A DNA stretch of 64,000 nt from the NCBI GenBank assembly GCA_963514005.1, contig OY740782.1, forward strand, positions 51,088,001-51,152,000. Reading direction: 5' to 3'. Made by a program: the position numbers and the translations under genes. The stretch comes from Raja brachyura (taxonomy: Eukaryota). The notes under the pieces were generated by a model. That model worked only from the letters and a program-made list of their open reading frames with translations. It was not told the origin of the DNA and searched no databases. Every line of letters begins with the position of its first letter. Positions within the stretch are counted from its first letter, which is position 1. This document shows positions 1-11,914 of this stretch, one piece after another.

Positions 1-2123
1 TTTTAATATTAACTGCCCAGTAGTAGAACATAAAATTAGGCAGTGCAAAACCTCCACTTATTTTTGATTTGCATAGATGTTTTTTATTTATTCTATGGCT
101 CTTATAATCCCAAATGAAATTGGTAATTATAGAATCCACCTTCTTAAAAAAATTTTTGGGAAGACATATCGGAATCAGTTGAAATAGATATAATAATTGC
201 GGAAGAAAAATCATTTTTATCGCATTTATTTTACCTAACATTGAGATAGGTAGTGTTTTCCAATATAGGATATTCTTAAGTAGTTTATTCAGTAGGGGTG
301 GGAAATTAGATTAAAATAAAGAGTCATATCTTTTTGTTACATAAATTCCAAGATATTTGATTTTTTCATTTGCTATCGTAAAAGGAAATTGTTGTAATAT
401 GTATACGATATTTCCCGTTATTGACATAAGTTCACTTTTATTCCAATTATTTCTATATCCTGAAAACAAACCAAATTGAGTTATTAAATCTAGCAGGTTA
501 GGAATACTAGTTTCAGGCTTTGTAATATAAAGTAATACATCATCTGCGTATAGAGAAATTTTATTTTCAGTTTCTTTGGTTTCATACCCGTATATTTCAG
601 GATGTAATCTCACGCGCTGTGCTAATGGTTCTATTGCCAGTGCAAAGAGTAGTGGTGATGGTGGACAACCTTGTCTACAGCCTCTGAATAAATTAAACTT
701 GGTTAATTGAATAAATTGGTTGATAACATTTGGTTTGTTAGTATTCTAGCTGTCTGATTGGTATATAGTAATTTAACCCACGTTATAAACTTCTCTCCCA
801 GCTGAAAAGTTTCCATAACCGAAAATAAGTAAGACCATTCAACCTGGTCAAAAGCTTTCTCTGCATCTAATGAAATAATTGCTAGGTCTTTATTAGTATT
901 TCTTTTCGAGTATATAATATTGAATAATCGTCTCAGGTTATATGAAGAGTATCGTTTTGGTATAAATCCTGTTTGGTCTGGATGTACTATTTTATTAATC
1001 ACCATATTTAGTCTTTGTGCTAATATTTTAATTAATATTTTTTGATCAGTGTTTAAAAGAGCTATGGCTCTATACGATCCTGGGTCCTCCAGGTCTTTAT
1101 CTAATTTAGGTATAAGTGTTATAATAGATTCATTTAATGTTTCCGGTAATTTCTGTTGTGTATAAATATATTCATAAAGTGTCTTCAAACGTGGTGCCAT
1201 CAGATCATAAAATGTTTTATAAAATTCCGAACCGATACCATCCGGTCCTGGTGCTTTATCATTTTTTAATGACCTAATAGATTCTTCGATTTCTTTAGTA
1301 GTTATTTCAGCGTTTAGTGATTCTCTGTTTTCTAAATCCAATCCTTTTAAATTACAATTTTTAAAAAATGTTTCTATTCCTACCTATCTGGTTTTCTGTC
1401 GTTTTGGCTGAATATAAATTTTTATAATATTGCAAAAATCTCTCATTAATATCTTTAGTTTGTATTAGTAATTCACCTTTATCTGATTTAATCCTATGGA
1501 TAATTTTTTCTCCCTCCAATTTTCGTAATTGACGGGCCAATAATTTCTGTGGTTTATCTCCAAATTCAAATTGTACTTGTTTAGTATATTGATAAAGTTT
1601 TACAACTTGATCTGACTGTATTTTATTTAATTTATATTTCAATGCAGAAATGTTATTATGTTTTATGATGGTTGGGTTAGCAGCGTTTTCTATGTCTAAT
1701 TGTTTAATTTCCTTTTCCAATGCCTGTTGTTCCCTCCGATTCTCTTTGTTATAAAATGCTTGAGAGGATATCATAATTCCACGAGTATATGCTTTAAAAG
1801 TTTCCCATAGTAGAGACGAAGGTATTTCTGGTTTGTCATTTGTTTCAAAGAAAATCTTAATCTGTTTTGTAATATATTCTTGAGTTGTTTTGTCCTTTAA
1901 AATTTGTGGGTTGAGTCTCCATTGTCCCTGTTTTTCCATTTTTCCAGTTATTTTAATCATGAAGGATACCGGTGCATGATCTGAAATTATAATATTGTGA
2001 TATTTTGAATTATAGGTGAGTGGGATAAGTTTTGAGTCTATCAGAAAGTAGTCTATTCTTGAATAGGTTTTATGTACCGATGAGTAAAATGAGTATTCTC
2101 GTCCAGTTGGGTTTTCCATTCTG
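1..2123 (-). mobile_element. L1-clade LINE ORF2 fragment (end of APE endonuclease through RT), frameshifted, runs off the window start
   Basis: Minus ORFs 1361-2119, 703-1341 and 311-613 give YSRIDYFL/ISDHAP (APE), KAPGPDG, QTGFIP, SLDAEKAFDQVEW and LYADD. They are homologous to the L1 at 31.6-36.6 kb. Confidence 0.92.
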
Positions 2124-2430
2124 GCTCCATGATTTTAAAGAGGTCTTGGCAGATCGCCAAGTCTTTAAATTGAATGAAAAAGTCTTCTCTAAATTCTGCT
2201 CCAACTTTGTGTAAACATCGAGTGGTCATTTTGGAAACAATTTCCTCAAAACAATACCAAACTGTTATTGTAGACAACATCTCTCAAACACCCATGGGCT
2301 TAAAGATGACGATAGTTCAAAAGAAATGTGTGTTATCAAGAGTTCAAAACAATCCAGGGTCGAACTGGCTGGAATCTCCAGACAATGGAAAAACACTTTC
2401 TGGCTCTTCTGACAGAAGCTTTTTAAAATT

Positions 2431-2965
2431 AAAGACGTTTCCTCAACTACGGCCTAATAATGGCGATAAAATAAATACTTACATTTTGGATACAGACAAC
2501 AGTCCCCACAGTGAAGATGTGAATTACAGATATGTCCGAGACACTACACTTGGAAAACATTAGGCTTGTCTTGGCGGAAAAACCAGAACAATTTCTTAAG
2601 ACATGGACACCCTTTACTGAATTTTTACAACAATATTATGGTGAAACACAGATTTAAATTTAAATCCAATGCTATGTGAGGGGGGGGGAGGGGCAAGGTA
2701 TATCTCCATCTTTTCTGATTCCACTTTCTCTCTGCTACACTGCTTTGGTAGCTAAGGGGTCTTTACTCATTCTTTTCTATTTTATCTCTTAACTTTTTCC
2801 TTTCTTCTTTTCTTGCTTTCCCTTTGTTTCCCTTTTTCCAATTTAGGTTATAAGGTTAAAAATAAAGCTGTACAATAATTGTATAATTGTAGATGCCGAA
2901 CGTTTTATCCTTGTACAATTGCTTCTAATAAAAATTAAAATAAAAAAAAAAAAAATTTAAAAAAA
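2431..2965 (+). mobile_element. L1 3' end (ORF2 C-terminus, 3' UTR, poly-A tail)
   Basis: Reads FLNYGLIMAIK*ILTFW...ETLHLENIRL...FLKTWTP, matching 36040-36250. It is followed by a T-rich UTR, AATAAA and an A-rich tail at about 2926-2965. Confidence 0.85.
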
Positions 2966-3085
2966 GCTTTGCAGTTTCAAAATTCAAAAGAATAATAGTC
3001 GAATTTACTCACAATTTCTGTGATGATGTCTTTAGATAAGTCTCGTCACTGTCGATAGACCTCAAGGCCTTCTCTGGCCGAGATC

Positions 3086-3149
3086 TATTGTCTTCAGTTC
3101 CTCGGCTGGAACCGGTATTGTCTTCAGTTCCTCGGCTGGAACCGGTATT
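3086..3149. repeat. 30-bp perfect tandem duplication
   Basis: tattgtcttcagttcctcggctggaaccgg x2 plus tatt. Confidence 0.95.
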
Positions 3150-3244
3150 CTGGCCAAAACCTCTTTCGAGATCTTAGCAAAATCATCTGTCCCACTCTCT
3201 GGGACTGGTATTCACCCCCTGTTCAGAGGTATCCTTTGACGTAA

Positions 3245-3722
3245 TGTAGAGGCAGATTTTTATTTGAGATTACTCCCTCTAGCCGCTAAATGGACTGCAT
3301 GGTTAAGGGGAATGTCTTCATACGCATGCAAGCTCTCAGTCGGGGACCTTCAGAGCTTCTTCACAGATAAATCTTCAAAACACAGTCCTTTGATTAATAA
3401 ATTCTTTATTGTTGATGAAAAACAATAAGGTACATCCAAACCTCTTCCGACTCGTACACTATAATCTTCATCGAACTCCAGCTTATTGCTTTAAAGGTTA
3501 GAAAGCTCCTCGTGTCTCAGTTATACTTTGCATGGTCAAAGGGTGAACCTTCCCCATGCTGGACCAAACTAAACTAAAAACTAAACTTCTGCGCAAGAAA
3601 TGTAGCTCCAAACATGCCATAAAATACGTCATAAATCCCACCCACAATATAACGGGCAGTCTAAAATTTAAAGACATGTGCCATAATTAATGACACAGAA
3701 AACAAGCCAAATGGCCACTACA
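3245..3722 (-). mobile_element. Probable LTR (solo or orphan)
   Basis: Termini TGTAGAGGC...GCCACTACA (TG..CA, 8/9 inverted match) and a minus-strand AATAAA near 3405. No TSD was found. Confidence 0.45.
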
Positions 3723-3804
3723 GATCCGACTGGACAAGAGAACAACACCTAATAAAAGTCCTCACGAAATATCTGGCTCCTCACCTTCATTTCGGGCTTA
3801 TCGC

Positions 3805-4545
3805 TGCGCCACAATACTCTGCCTTTAATACCATAATCCCATCCCAATTTATCTCCAAAATCTGGGACCGAGGAAACAACATCCCCTTCTGCCACATGAG
3901 TCTCAACCTTCTGACCCACAGACCTCAGTCAATGATGATAGGTGCCAACAACTTCTCCACAATAACTCCCAACACCTTCAAGGACGTATACTCAGTCCCG
4001 TACTATACACCCTTTACACTCACGACTGTCTGGCTTCAATTTCCCCAACAGGTTTGCAGTCGACACCACAGTGGTGGGCCAAATTACAAACAATGATGAG
4101 GGTGTACAGCAGGGAGAGCATAAACTTAATGATATGGTGCCAGGACAATAACCTCTCCGTCAAATTCAGCAAGACAAAGGATCTAGTTATTGACTTAAGG
4201 AAGCATAGTGTAGTGTATGCATCAATTTGCATCAATGGTATGGATGTGGAAAGGGTCGAGAGCTGCACGTTCCTTGACGTTAATATTATAATGATCTTTC
4301 GAGGACCAAGCACTTTGATGCAACAGTCAAGAGGACACTCTATTCATGCGTCTATTCCTGAAGAAACTGAGGAAATTTGCATGTCTCCAGTGACTCTTAC
4401 AAACTTCTAGAGATACATAGAAAGCATACTGTTGGGTTGCATCACAACTTGGTTTGGGAACAGCTCTGCCCAAGACAGCAAGAAATTGCAGAGAGTTGTG
4501 GGTATGGCCCAATCCATCACATACAAGTCTTCCCCCAATTGACTT
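3805..4545 (+). mobile_element. Rex1/Babar-like LINE RT fragment, decayed
   Basis: SAFNTIIP, WCQDNNLSVKFSKTKDLVIDLRK and ESILLGCITTWFGN-type motifs, broken by frameshifts. Confidence 0.8.
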
Positions 4546-4654
4546 GGTTTTCTGGGTCAGAAAGTCGAGGATCAAGTGGCAGAGGGGGAGCTGATTCTTA
4601 GGTACCAGAGTTTGGAGATAAATTTGGATGAGATTATGTCCTTGACTCTAACAG

Positions 4655-4775
4655 TCTTCTTCTTCTTCTCCTCCTCCTCCTACTCTTTCTCATTCTTCTC
4701 CTTCTTCTCCTCCCATATGGCGTGCACAGCCTAAAGTTGGAAGACAACTTGTTCTGTTTGATCTTCTGACTAACA
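4655..4775 (-). mobile_element. Short non-LTR retroelement 3' end with (GAA/GGA)n tail
   Basis: (TTC/TCC)n tract directly abutting atatggcgtgcacagcctaaagttg. Confidence 0.4.
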
Positions 4776-5559
4776 GTCTAAGAATGGAAGTACAAAGACA
4801 TTACTCCAAACAAAGTCAAAGAAGTGATGCTTATCCAAGCGTTGATCATGGGAGTCCAGGACTAGAACAACAGTGGAGAACCCCCTTTCCAATAGGCATG
4901 ACTTATCCTGGGACAAAGTTTGCCATGGGCAGGTAGTCAAGTAGAGACATACACAGATCCAACCACCCCAATCACCACTGATCCAGGTGGTATTGGAATG
5001 AAAGCTCCCTCCTGAAAGTGTCAACATTTGCCAGTGTTTGCCGGCACGCAATTCCCAGCCAACAGCAAATCAGCCCTCACAGATGTGCAATTGCTGTGGT
5101 GAAAGAAAGGGTCTGCCAATTCTGATAAAGGTAGGGCACCTCGAGAAGGTGCTTCATCAAGAAACACTCCATGGGAAAACAACAGAATTTGGCCATCAAC
5201 TCCACACAGGGAGACGGCCGATGTGAAGAATCAGACACTGTTCTCGAAGCAATGAGAAAGGCAGCCAGAACCAACCTCCTTATGTGGTTACACTCATAGT
5301 TGATAACCAACCAGTGAAATTTGAACTTGATACTGTGTTAGTTGTAACCTTGCTAAGCAAATCATCTTCACGCCAAATTGCAGTACCACAACCACCTATC
5401 TCGGTGTTCCGCAGCTACACCAGGGACAACAGCTTACGTAGTGTCTTTATGGAGGAAGTGGTTTACCATCGAGAGCTGTTCCATTTCCCATGAACCTCAT
5501 CAGAGGAGCTCAACACCCTAATCTGCTGGTCAGAAATTGGATTAAGAGCATGCCATCAA

Positions 5560-5842
5560 AGGATAAGGGGTAATTCCTTTAGGACCGAGGTGAGGAAAAC
5601 ATTTTTCACACAGAGAGTGGTGAGTCTCTGGAATTCTCTGCCACAGAAGGTAGTTGAGGCCAGTTCATTGGCTATATTTAAGAGGGAGATAGATGTGACA
5701 CTTGTGGCTAAAGGGATCGGGGGTATGGAGAGAAGGCAGGTACAGGATACCGAGTTGGATGATCAGCCATGATCATATTGAAAGGCGTTGCAGGCTCGAA
5801 GGGCCAAATGGCCTACTCCTGCACCTATTTTCTATGTTTCTA
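5560..5842 (+). mobile_element. CR1 LINE 3' end inserted in the Gypsy
   Basis: RKTFFTQRVVSLWNSLP motif and ...tttctatgtttctat tail. Confidence 0.9.
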
Positions 5843-6204
5843 TCTGTGCTCTCCTACATCAGCCATATTGATGGAAACCCCGCATTGGCTGCTCTGTTGC
5901 AAAAGCATCAGCATTTATTCCAAGCCAACACTTCAGGTCAGTACTGAGGTCTGACAGCTAAGTTTGAATTTAAGGAGAAGTTCCAACTGAAGTTTTACAA
6001 GGGTCATCTGGTGCCTTATGCCGTGGGCTCAAAGGTCAAAGAAGAACTCGATTGCCTGCAAAAAGCTAATGTGATCGCACCCATGCAGTAGTCTGAATGG
6101 TGGCCGCGATTCTAGCTGTCCTGAAGTTTGATGGATCGATTCGCATCTGCAGAGACTACAAACTCACTGCTAAACCTGATATGAAACTGAATGAGTATCC
6201 ACAT

Positions 6205-6530
6205 AGTCAAGATATTCAATGATACTTTATTGTCACATATACCAAGGTACAGTGAAATATTTTGTTTTGCATACAGCCCGGTAGAATCATATAGCAGACC
6301 AAACCATAGCCGTACACAAGTGTTGCCACGTTTCTGGCACCGACAATGTTACAAAAGCTCACTGAACAGTCCTATCTTCTGCCTGCCACCACACATGGCA
6401 GCAGGATGTCCCCAGCTAGGTCTGTCTTTGATCTCGGTGGCCCTTCGGCCGATTCCCCCCATCATTCTCAGCGGTCATATTGGACAAAGTCTCCTGGGAT
6501 GTTACCACAATTAACACACACACAGGACTG
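6205..6530 (-). mobile_element. Non-autonomous retroelement 3' portion inserted in the Gypsy RT
   Basis: Begins tactttattgtcacatataccaaggtacagtgaaat, similar to the minus-strand tail at about 10020, and interrupts the RT coding sequence. Confidence 0.5.
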
Positions 6531-6535
6531 TTTTA

Positions 6536-6948
6536 ACCATATAACCATACAACAATTACAGCACGGAAACAGGCCATCTCGGCACTTCTAGTCCATGCCG
6601 AACACTTACTCTCACCTAGTCCCACCTACCTGCATTCAGACCATAACCCTCCATTCCTTTCCCGTTGATATACTTATCCAATTTATTTTTAAATGATAAA
6701 ATCGAACCTGCCTCCACTCACTGGAAGCTCATTCCACACAGCTACCACTCTCTGAGTAAAGAACTTCCCCCTCATGTTACCCCTAAACTTTTGTACCTTA
6801 ATTCTCAAATCATGTCCACTTGTTTGAATCTTCCCTACTCTCAATGGAAAAAGCTTATCCACGTCAACTCTATCTATCCCTCTCATAATTTTAAAGACCT
6901 CTATCAAGTCCCCCCTTAACCTTCTGCGCTCCAAAGAATAAAGACCTA
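6536..6948 (-). mobile_element. CR1 LINE 3' end
   Basis: ORF 6689-6934 reads LRGDLIEVFKIMRG...FFTQRVVAVWNELP, with an (accatata)-type tail. Confidence 0.92.
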
Positions 6949-7995
6949 TTTTAAAACAAATTTAAGACAAGTGGCTACCATTCGGAGTGAGCTCTGCCCC
7001 GGGTATATTTCAATGCCTGAATGATAACTTAGTTAAATATATTCCTTATGTCTGAGCATACCTTAAAGATATCTCAGTAACCGGTATGTCAGAGTCACAT
7101 CATCTTGAAATAATAGACAGAATACTTTCTCACTTACGAGAAGCTGGCTTTACCCTCGAGATGGAAAAGTGAACATTTTGGCCAATTCAATCGATTATCT
7201 GGGCTTCAAAGTCGATAAAACAGGCCTTCATCCACAAGAGCACAAGATTAAAGCCTTAAATAAAGCCCCGTGCCCACAAAATATTATCCAGTTATGCTCG
7301 GTCCTAGGACTAGTCATGCATTATAATCGGTTCATAAATAATGTCTACAGTATTAAAGCCCTTATACCATTTACTCTAGAAGGACCAATGCTGGATATGG
7401 TCAAGACAGGATAGGGGCCGTCCTTCTACATTGGTTGCCTACATCATTAGGCAGTGGACAGCTTGGGATCCTCTTCTGTCACAGATAAAAAGAGTGTTAC
7501 AAGTTAGTCTTCGCCCAAATTACAACCTTTTACAAATTGTCAACATGAACCAAGCCTACAGGACGGCTGCATATTTTGGGGTTACCATTTAGTGGTTCCC
7601 TCCCAAGACCGTAAACACATACACCGCTATTTGCATAATATTCACCCGAGTGTCGTTAGAACGAAGGTACATGTGAGAAGCTCTGTATGGTAGCCGAATA
7701 ATATTGTATGGATTTACCCTATTTGTCAGAAGACGCTAAAGGCACTACCAACCCTTAAACCACGGGCATGGTCAGATTCCCCATGGAAGCGCATCCACAT
7801 CGATTATTTCAGGGACACATGTTTCTGGTTGTTGCGGATGTCCATTCAAAGTGAATAGAAGCATTACCTGCCTATATGTCGTGTTCCTCAACCACTACAA
7901 TATCCAAACTGCAGTCGGTATGTTCTAGTTTTGGTATTCCGGAAATGATCGGATCTGACAATGGCCCCACAAGCGCAGAATTCCAGGAGTTTGTA

Positions 7996-8526
7996 GTTTT
8001 GGTTACCATGTTAGTTTCCGTCACCATGTTATAGGAAAGATGGTGTCAAGCTTAAAAGGGTTAAGGGAAGATTTACCAGAATGTTGCTAGAACTCGAGGG
8101 ACTGATATAGGGAGAGGTTGAGCAGGCTAAGGCTTTATTCCTTGGACCGCAGAAGGATGAGGGATGATCTTATAGAGGTGTACAAAATCAAGAGAGGAAT
8201 AAATTGGGTAAATGTAGACGTTTGCTCAGAGTAGGGAAATCGAGAACCAGAGGACATAAGTTTAAGGTGAGGGGGAAAGATTTAGTGGACCTGAGGGGTG
8301 ATTTTTTTTCACACAAAGGATGGTGGGTGTATGGGACAAGCAGCCGGAGGGTTAGTTGTGGCAGGTACTATCGCAACATTTAAGAAATATTTAGACGGGT
8401 ACGTGGATAGGATAGGTTTTGAGGGGTATGGGCCAAAAGCAGACAGGTGGGACTAGTGTAGGAGGGACATGGGCGGCATGGGCAACTTGGGCCGAAGGGC
8501 CTATTGCCACACAGTATGACTCTATA
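7996..8526 (+). mobile_element. CR1 LINE 3' end inserted in the Gypsy integrase
   Basis: Decayed RKD..KL.RV..RFTRML and RDDLIEVYKI motifs with a tatgactctat tail. The integrase frame resumes (KNNIRH) right after it. Confidence 0.88.
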
Positions 8527-8924
8527 AGAATAATATTAGACACCTGACAACAGCTCCATATCACGTTACATCCAATGGCTTAGCAGAGAGAGCAGTGCAA
8601 GCGGTGAAATGAGGCCTTACCAAGCAAACACAGGCCGATTTGATGAACAAAGTAAGTAATTTCCTTTTTCATTACCAAATTAAACTAAACAAATTAACGA
8701 GTGCATCCCCCACGAGTTAATATTCACCCTATGCAGAGTTAATATTCATCCTATGCACTATATTAGATCTCCTCCAGCCGGCTGTCTTGGAATGCATTGG
8801 CAACTAACAGGAAACCATGAAACAAAACTACGATACTCACACCAGGCCACAAAATATCAGGGTCATAGATAAAGTCTACTCGCGACACGCGCACAAAAAA
8901 CTGGCAACCAGCCATGGTCCAGCT

Positions 8925-9330
8925 GTAATAGGGGGGTTGCATGGAAGGTCATAAGGTCAAAGGGCATGATCAATTTTATGTGCTGTGAAAAATTGTGGAA
9001 ATTGGGGTAACCATGAGAGATATTGTCAGTAAATTGACAATATCTTTGAAAGGAAGTGGGTGTTTAAGCCGTCAGTACATTTTATTATTAGCTACAATAT
9101 ACATTTCAATTTTTCTTGTTTAATGCCTACACAATTATTCACATTTATTTATTTTTGCATCGCAGAACAGCCTGCAGCATGGAACGATGTTACCAACCCT
9201 GATTGGGCACCAACTGTGAATATGGGATGCGGTGATGGCAATGAGCAGGATAGACAAAGTACACAAGAACACCATGCGTGTGCGACAAGAAGAGAGAGTA
9301 TGAAGGCAGATTGTTGTCGTTGCTCAGCGC
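8925..9330 (+). mobile_element. DNA-transposon relic with a THAP-domain C-terminal motif (PIF/Harbinger-ISL2EU or Kolobok type)
   Basis: After an acceptor-like ttgcatcgcag it reads QPAAWNDVTNPDWAPTVNMG. The NPDW.P motif is typical of the end of transposon-associated THAP domains. Confidence 0.55.
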
Positions 9331-9784
9331 AATACAAAACAGGATTTACTCATATTTGGAAGAGAATGGGCTAATTGGACCTTTCTTCACATATCTGGCA
9401 AATCATGTCTTATGAATTTGAGTGAGTTTTTGGAGGAGGTGACGGAGGTGATAGAGGAGGATAGGACAATAGATGTTGACTACAGGATCTTAATAGGACA
9501 TTTGATAAAGTCCCTCAAAGTTGGCAAGATGCATGGAATTCACAGGGTGTTGATCATTTGGATTCGGAACTGGCTTACTCATAGAAGACAGAGGTTTGTG
9601 GTGGCAGGGTGTTATTCTGGCTGGAAGCCTGTGACCAGTAGAGTTTTGCAAGGCTGGGACTGTTGTTTGTGAAGTGTGTAAATGGCTTTAACATAAGTGT
9701 AGATATGATGGTTAGTAAATTTCCAGGCACCAAAATTGGTGTTGCAGACAGTGAGGATGGTTGTTGATGTATCTGGAAAGTTAT
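9330..9784 (+). mobile_element. CR1 RT fragment (continues at about 11736-11910 and 12954-12980 after nested insertions)
   Basis: NLSEFLEEVT..IEE, WIRNWLTHRRQR and SKF..TKIG motifs, then QLQKxA..QMxFNP after the MITE. Confidence 0.8.
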
Positions 9785-11732
9785 GGGGCTGTCCCACTTG
9801 GACGACCTAAGCTGCAAGTTTAGAAGTTTGCCCTTGACTCAAACTCGCAACATGGTCAACATGAGGTCCTACGAGGTCGTATGAGGTGGATGGAACTCTC
9901 CTTCATGCTCGAGGGAGTTTCCCGCCTACTCGTGGCCTCAGCTAGGTCGGGAAATATTTTCAGCATATTGAAAATTTTTCCGCGAGTAAAATAGATACAA
10001 GATTCAAGATACAAGATACATTTATTTGTCACGTACCAATTGGTACAGTGAAATGTGTGGTCACCATACAGCCATACAAATAAATAATAAAGAGCACAGG
10101 ACAAGATAGTTTTTTTAAAAAACACAGACATCCCCACACAGCGGGATCAAATCCCACTGTGAGGGAAGGCACCAAAATTTCAGCATCCTCCTCTGTTGTC
10201 CTCCTGTGGTCGGGGGGCTCCCGAACCCCCCGCTCTCGCCGCACCGGGCGGCCCGATGTTGATGTCCACTCGTCGGGGTGATGGAAGTCCGACGTCGGGA
10301 TGGGAAGACCTCCTCAGTGGCTTGGACATCCTACTGGAGTCCTCGGCTCCCAAAGTCTACAGGCCGTGCTGGGTGGAGATGCAACGCTGGCAGCCGTCGG
10401 CAAAGGGTCCCAGGACTCCGCGATGTTGTTCAGCGCTGGCAGCACTCCAAACCGCAGCTCAGCAATGTTGGAGCAGCAGCCCAATGCTCCGGAGCTCCAA
10501 ACGGCATCCATGTAGGCATCGCCCACTCCGTGGTGACTCCAGCGCTGCTCCGCAACTGTTGAAGCTCTGGTCCGGTCACCGGCAGGAAAGGCCGCGCCAA
10601 TTCAAGTGGTAGGCCGCGAGGAGGGGGGCGAGGACACGACTTGGAGAATAGTCGCGTCACCGCCAGGAAGCGACTGGGAAATAGTTTCCCCCTTACCCTA
10701 CCCCCACATAGAAAAGTTAAAGATTCCCCAAAACAAAGTTTAAAACTGACTAAAATTTTTTTTAAAGATTTAAAAACACCGGACTGAGGCAGAGGCTGCC
10801 TTCAATGCGGCGCCCCTAGTGACTATGTGGTCGCCATGAATCTTTTGCACTCGTAGTGCAGTGGAGTGGGGTCGCTATTTACTTACAGGCACTCGAGGGC
10901 AGCCGTACGCCATCTCCTTCGTGGACCAGCTATTTTGATTGGCTCATTGGAGTTTCACGACCTAGGAATGCCCGCTAAACGTTATTAAAACTTTTTAAAG
11001 GTGTCTCCACTCCTTCGCCCCCCCCTCCTCTTCTCTCCTTCAACGCGGTTTCCAGGCGAGTTTCAAGCTGGTCGATCCAGCTTGAGGCTTTCCAGGCGAG
11101 TGCCCTCGAGCTTGAAGGTCGAAGGCACTCTTCTGGACTCGCGGATTAGGTCGCCCAAGTGGGACAGGCCCTTAAGGTCCAGAAGAGTGCCTGGAACCTT
11201 CAAGCTCGAGGGCACTCGCCTGGAAAGCACTCGCCTGGAGAAGGGGAGAGAAGGGAGACAGAAGGGGGAGAGAAGTGGAGAGAATGGGGGGGGGGGGGGG
11301 GGGGGGGGGAGAAGTGAAGACACTTTTAAGAAATTTAATAAAGTTAGTGGGCATTTTACCTACCGGTAGGTCTCCCCAGGTCGTGAAACTCCAATGAGCC
11401 AATCAAAGTGGCCGGTGAGCTAAGGAGATGGCCTTCTGGTGCCCACGAGTGCTTGTGAGTAAATAGCGACCCCACTCCACTGTACTACGAGCGAAAAAGA
11501 CCCCATGCCGACCAAATTTCACTCGCGGAAAATGTTTCAATATGCTGAAAAAATTTCCACTGCCTAGCTGAGGCCGCGAGTAGGCGGGAACCTCCCTCGA
11601 GCATGAAGAAGCGTTCCAGCCACCTCATACGACCTCCTGGGACCTCGTGTCGATCATGCTGCAAGTTTGAGTCAGCTCTTGAAGGCAAACTCTTCTTAAC
11701 TCGCAGCTTTGGTCGCCCAAGTGAGACAGGCC
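9785..11732. mobile_element. Pair of inverted Harbinger-like MITEs (TIR GGGCCTGTCCCACTTGG) forming a long foldback
   Basis: Left TIR ggggctgtcccacttgg at 9785. Right-type TIRs caagtg(g/a)gacaggccc followed by TTA end at 11172 and 11732. The arms 10840-11140 and 11176-11490 are reverse complements. Confidence 0.8.
9992..10822 (-). mobile_element. GC-rich non-autonomous retroelement nested in the MITE
   Basis: (caagata)-type tail and tttatt at its left end. It shares the 3' block gccttcc..cacagtg...gctgtg.gg.gatgt with 17570-18170 and 29858-30582. Confidence 0.7.
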
Positions 11733-11774
11733 CTTAACAAAGTAATCAGTTACAGAAATGTGCGGTGTAATTAC

Positions 11775-11815
11775 CAAAGATAATAGTCCTTCACACTAGT
11801 CCTCTAGTATCTTTG
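11775..11815. mobile_element. 41-bp micro-MITE, hAT-like (8-bp TSD)
   Basis: gtaattac|CAAAGATAATAG...CTAGTATCTTTG|gtaatgac. Removing it restores the host CR1 sequence. Confidence 0.8.
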
Positions 11816-11914
11816 GTAATGACAGATGGCGTTTAATCCAAACACGAGTGATGTGTTGCACTTTGGAAGGTAGAATGCACGGGGAAAGTATACTGGTAAT
11901 AGCAAGTGCCTTAA

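Larger units (their letters stand above)
4830..8920 (+). mobile_element. Decayed Ty3/Gypsy LTR-retrotransposon internal region (gag-PR-RT-IN), interrupted by younger insertions
   Basis: Zn-knuckle-like C..C...GHL (about 5085-5150), protease VKFELDT (about 5310), RT GSIRICRDYK (about 6130) and IDYLGFKVD...VLGLVMHYNRFI (7169-7414), integrase PWKRIHIDY, GIPEMIGSDNGP and APYH..SNGLAERAVQ. The domain order PR-RT-IN is the Gypsy order. Confidence 0.88.
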
